Assembly (NCBI GenBank): GCA_004563595.2
Contig: CP042461.1
Coordinates: 630,001 to 662,000 of the forward strand
Direction: 5' to 3'
DNA length: 32,000 nucleotides
Origin: Candidatus Saccharimonadota bacterium
Lineage (GTDB): Bacteria; Patescibacteriota; Gracilibacteria; BD1-5; UBA6164
A program made the translations under genes and the position numbers. Under the pieces are notes generated by a model, which was not told the origin of the DNA, did no database searches, and saw nothing but the letters and a program-made list of their open reading frames with translations. The stretch's first letter is position 1; each line of letters starts with the position of its first letter. This document shows positions 26,161 through 32,000 of the stretch, one piece after another.

Positions 26161-26268
26161 ATGATAAAAAATATGCTCTATGCTATAATATTATCGTCAA
26201 TTATAATGTTATCTGGTTGTCAAATACCATGTTTCGGACTCGATTTTGGGCAATTTTGTACTGAATAA
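26161..26268 (+). CDS. Mini-lipoprotein, 35 aa, with a Cys-rich 16-aa mature peptide
   Basis: MIKNMLYAIILSSIIMLSG-C-QIPCFGLDFGQFCTE* has a lipobox LSG|C. The SD-like sequence GGGAATGGAAA is weak. It sits between the duplicated promoter and the duplicated terminator. Confidence 0.45.
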   Translation: MIKNMLYAIILSSIIMLSGCQIPCFGLDFGQFCTE

Positions 26269-26290
26269 TTTAAATTGGAGGAAATATACA

Positions 26291-26319
26291 TAAAAAAAGA
26301 GCCATTACTGGCTCTTTTT
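26291..26319 (+). terminator. Intrinsic terminator of the mini-lipoprotein cassette (duplicate of 26015-26050)
   Basis: aaaaaaaGAGCCA-ttac-TGGCTCtttttt. Confidence 0.8.
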
Positions 26320-26330
26320 TCGTATTTATT

Positions 26331-27173
26331 TTACTGAATTATTTTGATATTGAATCTACAATCAAGTTCATCAGCGAGAAGTTTTACTCATATCAGTCAA
26401 AGTCATATTGATGAAACTCAAACATGTGTTCATGCTGTGAACCTTCAATCGGAGTCACTCACATCAATTGCGTAGAACTTGTTAGCAAGGGTTTTTAGAT
26501 TTACTAAACTATCTTTATATTTAATTGCTTTATCTATACACTCTTGTTTATTATGTTTCTCTCATGCTTTTTGTAATACCTCTATTTCTTTTCAAAGTTC
26601 ATTTATATACGTTGAATAAGTTGTATCAAAATCACTTTTTAATTCTGAAGGGAATTTAAAATCAATAAATAATTTATTATCCTTAAACACTGGCTTAATT
26701 CATTTATTTAATGAGTTAAACTTTTTCAATAGTGTTTCAATCTCCGTTCATGCTTTTACAAGTGAATGATTTTTTAATATTTCAAGATAGATAGATGAAT
26801 CAACTTTTGTTCATTTCTTTTTTGCAATATTTTGTATAATTTTCTGAGTATATTTTCCTTGAGATATTTTTATATCTAAGCTTTCATCTAAAGCACTTAA
26901 TAAAGAAATTTGAATAAGCTTTCTTTTATCTGAAATTTTTGAACTTCATTCAACTTTCTCTATTAATTTTGTTATTTTTGACTTGAGAGTTTCTCTTTGA
27001 GTTTTTGAGAGCTTTGATAAAGCTTTCGAAAACTTTTTTTCTATTATTAGTTTGTATTGTGATTTTTTTGCTTCAAAATCTGATTCTGAATATCAATTTG
27101 ATACTCAGAAACTTAATAAGATAATAATTGAAACCAATAAGGTTTTTTTGAAAAATATTCAGAAATAACTCAT
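26331..27173 (-). CDS. Secreted hypothetical protein, 280 aa (code 25)
   Basis: Signal-peptide-like N-terminus MSYF[G]IFFKKTLLVSIIILLSF[G]VSN[G]YS. The body is Lys/Glu-rich and helical-looking. Checked codon by codon from ATG 27173 to TAA 26331. Confidence 0.6.
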
Positions 27174-27208
27174 AATATAGTTTTAAATAAATACAAATAT
27201 TTAGTTTA

Positions 27209-27652
27209 TTATAATACTTCGTCAGTAAGTTTGTTATAAGTGAAAATATCAGTTCCTTTAAAGAATCTATTTAGTTCAATTTCAGCATTTTCTGAAGTAT
27301 CTGAAGCGTGGATAATATTTGCATCTATAGATAATGCAAGGTCACCTCTAATTGATCCTGGTAATGCTTCAACTGGATTTGTTGCACCAGTTAACATTCT
27401 TACTGTAGCTATTGCATTTGCACCTTTAGCTGCTATTGCTACAATTGGAGTTCTTGTCATATATTTTTTAATATTTGGAAAGAATGGTTTATCCATTAAG
27501 AAATCATAATGTTCTTCGATGATAGCATCATCTAATTGCATCATTTTTAATCCTGTAATTTTTAATCCTTTTGCTTCTAATCTAGCGATAACTTGACCAA
27601 TTAAACTTCTTTCAATTGTATCTGGTTTTAATAGTATAAGTGTAGTTTCCAT
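27209..27652 (-). CDS. ndk: Nucleoside diphosphate kinase, 147 aa
   Basis: METTLILLKPD...FFPNIKKYMTRTPIVAIAAKGANAI...NIIHASD (active-site His). No SD. All 8 Gly are GGN. Start chosen at the conserved N-terminus rather than the ORF-track start at 27685. Confidence 0.93.
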   Translation of the reverse strand: METTLILLKPDTIERSLIGQVIARLEAKGLKITGLKMMQLDDAIIEEHYDFLMDKPFFPNIKKYMTRTPIVAIAAKGANAIATVRMLTGATNPVEALPGSIRGDLALSIDANIIHASDTSENAEIELNRFFKGTDIFTYNKLTDEVL

Positions 27653-27811
27653 ATCGGCTATTTTTATAATTATAAAATACGTCAAGATTATATATATATT
27701 CTGAAAAAAGCAATCTTTTCTTTACTATACTTTGATTCTTGAAGGGTTGCTTTTTAATGATTATTGCATATATTTAGCTGCAATATATATATTATAAATA
27801 AAAAGAGAGGA

Positions 27812-30235
27812 ATGAATAGCGCAATTAATAGTAGTCCAGTAGAAAATGAAATATTAAAGACTCAGACTTTACTTGAGAAGTTTCCAAATGAGGTAAATGA
27901 ATTTCTAGAAGATATAAGGGGTTATTTAAAACTTGAGAAAGGTTTCGATTTTTCATCAATTACATTTGATCCAGATATAGATATATGTGAAGATGGTATT
28001 TCATTGGAGCTAAAAGAATCATGAAAAAAGAAATTAATAAAACTTCTTACTTATAGAGCTTTTGAGAAGGAGCTTGTAAATGAATGAGGAATTGATGATA
28101 TTAAGCTTAGTAAGGTGATTTTTCATATAGAAAGAGCTCAACAAGCACTTGATATAAGTGAAAATGCAAAAAATAAAAAACTGAATGATATTAAGACCTT
28201 AATTGGGGAATTAGATTGAAAGTGAATTGATAAATCCGAAGTACAGGAAGAAATTAATTCATTAAATGAAGACTTTATAGATCTGAATAATGATTGTATA
28301 ATTACAAATAACACACTAGAAAATAAAAAAAATAAAAAAAATGATTATTTAAAAAAAACTGATTTTTTTAAATCTTTTTCATCTAATTTTATATGATATA
28401 TACTTTTTTCTGAGGGAAGTACTTGTATTAATACGGTACGAATGTTAGAAGAAGATACGGAAATAATAACTGACAAAGAAGTAGAAAAAAATAAAATAGA
28501 AGAAAAAAATGTGCAAAAATATATTTCAATTTTAAATTTATTTCTACAAACATCATACTCTGATTCAAAAAAAACAGTTTCTTTAATAAAACCATTTGAA
28601 TTATCAGTTCAAGAAAAAGTATCTGGAATTACATATAGTGATGTTAATTCCTCTATTGATAATCGTACTATATGAATTTCACAGAAAATTAATGACTTTA
28701 TTGAGAAAAATAAGAAGATGGCAAGAATCATACTATTTTCTTGTATATGAATAGCTTCTAATTATATGATTTATTCAGATCCAAATACAAAAGATATACC
28801 CTATAATACTGCAGATTATAAAGATCAAAGCTTTTTAAAAGCACAAGTTGAGAAATTTATGAAAGACTCCATAGCTGATTCAGGCTCTATGCATGCTATT
28901 TGATATCACTTTAAGCAAAACTTTACAAAGAGTAAACTTTATTCACCTTCATCATTAAGTTCATATTGATACGAAGTTGTAAGTAGTGATAATGAATGAA
29001 TTGAAATTAGTTTTACAGAAAAGGGTTATAATAAGGTATTTTTTACTTATAAATATCTTTTTAATACTGATGAAAAAGAACACATTCAAGAATGAGCTGA
29101 TAAAGTCTTGAAAAATAGACTTAACTTTCTGATAGATGAATCAATTTCAATAGCGGTAAAAGAATTAGGTTTTAATTTAAATAGCCTCGGAGTAGAGGAG
29201 CTTTTAAAAAATAAAATTCTTGATGGAATTGATAATAAAGATTTAAGTCCTGATTTTAAACTAGATGTATCTGTTGATATGGTAGAAAACCAAGAGGAAT
29301 CATTAATAAATATTAAGATTACTAGTATTGTTCGACCAGAATTTCTTATTGAGTATCAAAAGAATCCCCCAGTTGAGAATATCTATAAAAAATATATGGA
29401 TCCAAGGCTCAGTTGATTTGAAAAGATGGTTATAGAAAATCTTCCTTCATTTAATACAATAAATACAGTTGTTTATGAAAGACTCTTTGAGAGTTACCTA
29501 GAGAACCATTTATTAAAATTTCTTAGACTAAATTCAAAAAAATATGATAGGTATATTTCATCTGTTGAAATAAAGAGCCTTAAATATAAAAATCAAAGCT
29601 TGCATTATGAATTATTTTTTACTTATGAAGATCGTTCAGTTGATAAAAAACCGCAATTAAGAGTTATTCCATTAGATGAATTGTATTTCCCTATGTGGAT
29701 CAATTGAAAACTTATGGATATGATATATTCTTCTATAAAGAGAACCACTCCTGAAAATATATCACAAGATCTGCTAAATAGGTTTTTTATTCTTTTGCGT
29801 CGTGATTTACCAGAGGATAAGTATAGTTTATTATTAAAAAATGAATGAAATATTTATACTTTCACTTTTAAAAATAAAGCATGACTAACTATCTATGAAA
29901 TAGATCAAGACATAAGGCTAGGAGGTGCATCAAATATTGTATCTTGCAATTTATGTAAGATACAAAATAAATTTTTAGAGTCGATGAATCATATTTATGA
30001 AAATTGAAATTTAGCGAACCTTGATCTAATTAAATTTAAAATTTCTACTGATATTAGATGACTTCTCGATACTTTTTGATGAGATTATCAAGAGGGAAAA
30101 TATGATGATAGAGAAATAATTGTTGGTATTCCGGATCTTTATTCAGGTAAAACACCTATTTATTCATTATTTTTACCAATTTTATCAAAAAATGGTTTTA
30201 AGATGGAGGATTTTTACTATTCTCCTACAGAATAA
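27812..30235 (+). CDS. Large hypothetical protein, 807 aa (code 25), no recognisable domain
   Basis: ORF-track fragments 27764-28024, 28442-28675, 29108-29416 and 29426-29707 share one frame. I checked every gap and the tail codon by codon and found only TGA, never TAA or TAG, up to TAA 30233-30235. Confidence 0.65.
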
Positions 30236-30249
30236 GAATGTAAATATTC

Positions 30250-30294
30250 AAAAAAAAAGAAACACTTATTAATCAATAATAAGTGTTTCTTTTT
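30250..30294. terminator. Bidirectional intrinsic terminator (13-bp stem)
   Basis: AGAAACACTTATT-aatcaat-AATAAGTGTTTCT flanked by A and T runs. It overlaps the last codons of trhO. Confidence 0.8.
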
Positions 30295-31354
30295 GTGATA
30301 TTTTATGGTTAAATGATACTCCTTCCAATTTCTCAGATAAATGCGTTCTTATTTTATTCATGATTTCATCTTTTTTCTCTGGGTGAACTTTTATATCTGC
30401 CCTGAGTAATTTATAATTCATTCTATCAAAATCAGATGTTTTGATATGCCCTGTTTCCAGTGCATTATCTACACATTCTTGACTACAAAATCAGTAATGA
30501 TTTTTGTATTCTTTTTCATCAGCGATAATTCTAGCATTACAATGACTATACCTACAGTTTTCACAATTATCTGTTTTTTTATCTGAAAAAATACATTCTC
30601 AAATAATGGTATGAGTATTTTCATCTCATACATAGTCAGAAACTCTATCATCAAATACATATAAGTTTCCTTCCCAGTTTCCATCGTTAAATGTATTTAT
30701 ATATTTAACCACTCCACCATCAAGCTGATATGTATTTTTGAGTCCTGCTTTTTGAAGCATAACCGTTGATTTCTCACATCTTATACCTCATGTACAATAT
30801 GAAATAACCTTTTTATCTCAGAATTGTTTTTTGTAGTTTTCTATTTCAGTTTCTAGTTCTCTAAAATTAAGTGTATTCGCTGGAATTGCATTTTTGAAAT
30901 GTCCCACTTTGTATTCATGATTATTTCTCATATCTAGTATTATATAATCATCGGTATTTCCGTTATCAATAATATCTTTAAAATCCTCGATTGACATTCT
31001 ATTCCCTGCTTCATCTATTTCTGATTTTGAATATTTTTTTCCAAGTGCTACAATTTCTTCTTTGTACTTCACGGCCATTCTTGGGAATTTATGTCCGTCT
31101 ACTTTTGAGGTTTTGATATCAAAATCTTCTGGGTTATTGAATAATGGGTGTTGATCTAAATACATTTTGTATGCTTTTAGTTGTCATTCATTACAAGTAA
31201 CAGTTGATGAGATTCCTTCTGTTCATATATAGATTCTTCATTTCATTCAGATATCTTTACAGAATTTAAGGTGATCTTCTACTTCTTTCTCTGGATTTAC
31301 TACGTCTACAAACTTATAAAAAGTTATAAGTTTAAATTGTTCTTTATATAACAT
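30269..31354 (-). CDS. trhO: Rhodanese-domain tRNA uridine(34) hydroxylase TrhO (YceA/UPF0176 family), 361 aa (code 25)
   Basis: MLYKEQFKLITFYKFVDV...[G]RIYI[G]TEGISSTVT...ILDMRNNHEYKVGHFKNA...SYCT[G]GIRCEKS (rhodanese active-site Cys loop)...Cys-rich C-terminus. Confidence 0.85.
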
Positions 31355-31582
31355 ATAATATATTTCTAAATAATAACTTGCATGGTTATTGCAAAAATAT
31401 CTCTGATCCATTTGTGTGGTAGAGTGCGTGTATTATAAGAATAATTCTCATATTGCAAGATAGATAATAGTATATAAAATAATATTTTGATTTTAATGAA
31501 ATATTGAATACCTTGTTGTTACATTATTTTATATGTCGTAAGGCTAACTTACCCTTAGTTTTATTCACTAACCCTGTATATT

Positions 31583-32000
31583 ATGACAAAACAACTAGAA
31601 CTCCTCATGCCTGCATGAGATTTTGAGAAATTAAAATTCGCTTATGCATATGGTGCTGATGCATGTTATGTATGAGTGCCAATGTTTTCACTCAGAGCAA
31701 GAACGAATACTTTTAATATGAAAACAATCAAAGAAGCCGTAGATTATGCTCATAATTTGTGAAAAAAAATATACTTTACTGCAAATATATATGCACATAA
31801 TGTAAAAATTAAACCATTTATGGCTCAGTTTTCTAAAATGGTTGAAATGAAACCCGATGCTTTTATTATGGCTGATCCATGATTGATTAGTATAGTAAGA
31901 AAGCAATTTCCAGATGTAGAAATTCATCTCTCAGTTCAAGCAAATAATACAAACTGGGCCCAAGCTGAGTTTTGGAGTGATTTAGGAATAAAAAGAATTA
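31583..32000 (+). CDS. Peptidase U32 family protein (YegQ/TrhP-like), N-terminal 139 codons, continues past the window edge (code 25)
   Basis: MTKQLELLMPA[G]DFEKLKFAYAYGADACYV[G]VPMFSLRARTN...FTANIYAHN...FIMADP[G]LISIVRKQFPDVEIHLSVQAN closely follows the N-terminal pattern of E. coli YegQ as I recall it. Confidence 0.88.

Noticed and set aside
3006-26268. Chimeric assembly or contamination as the source of the TGA-free cassettes
   Set aside because: I cannot exclude this without reads, but I judge it unlikely. The cassettes are short, scattered at about nine separate intergenic sites, match the local AT-richness, and share bidirectional terminators with neighbouring backbone genes (for example 11072-11103 and 16811-16849). 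It is kept as a check under the main finding.
25252-27173. The idea that the lipoprotein cassettes simply split polA, leaving its 5' half on the far side
   Set aside because: The next minus-strand gene (26331-27173) translates to a signal-peptide-bearing Lys/Glu-rich protein with no 5'-nuclease or exonuclease motifs. No polA-like coding sequence exists in any frame of 25252-26330.
27240-27509. ORF-track entry 27240-27509(+)
   Set aside because: It is antisense to ndk, which is unambiguous.
30469-31927. ORF-track entries 30469-30684(-) and 31688-31927(-)
   Set aside because: The first is an out-of-frame fragment inside trhO. The second is antisense to the U32 peptidase gene.
1-32000. TGA = Trp (code 4, Mollicutes-like) as an alternative explanation of the read-through
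   Set aside because: The TGA positions in GroES, GroEL, RuvC, PolA and S41 motifs are invariant Gly, and Trp is encoded by TGG throughout (for example HAWVRV, TYTEWSG).
1-32000. CRISPR arrays, rRNA genes, integrases, transposases and IS terminal repeats
   Set aside because: I saw no regularly spaced direct repeats and no rRNA-like GC-rich stretches. No ORF has recombinase- or transposase-like motifs under either genetic code.

Overview
AT-rich bacterial window that is only coherent under translation table 25 (UGA = Gly, as in Gracilibacteria/BD1-5 and Absconditabacteria/SR1). In-frame TGA sits on invariant glycines of GroES, GroEL, RuvC, PolA and an S41 peptidase, so the standard-code ORF track breaks most real genes into pieces. 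Read with code 25, the backbone is housekeeping and cell-surface genes: a Rep_trans-type rolling-circle initiator, recX, groES-groEL, a pseudopilin, ruvC, an atypical tRNA, a YjjX-like NTPase, an ABC-like ATPase, a pilin fused to a FISUMP domain, a spermidine-synthase-like methyltransferase, a transglutaminase-like protein, an S41 peptidase, a polymerase-domain-only polA, ndk, an 807-aa ORFan, trhO and a U32 peptidase. The main observation is a second gene population of about 15 mostly small ORFs plus a PiT phosphate transporter. Each typically has its own TTGACA/TATAAT-like promoter where I checked, a strong Shine-Dalgarno site and a hairpin terminator. None has an internal TGA across roughly 110 Gly codons by hand count. 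Three of them end in TGA followed directly by TAA or TAG. The backbone genes almost all lack an SD (the 807-aa ORF and one doubtful small ORF are possible exceptions) and use TGA for about a third to nearly all of their Gly codons. These modules sit between backbone operons, and some are tandem duplicates (three diverged paralogs at 5.2-6.7 kb; two lipoprotein units sharing promoter and terminator at 25.3-26.3 kb). I found no CRISPR array, rRNA, integrase or transposase. All coordinates and translations were worked out by hand, and nothing was searched against a database.
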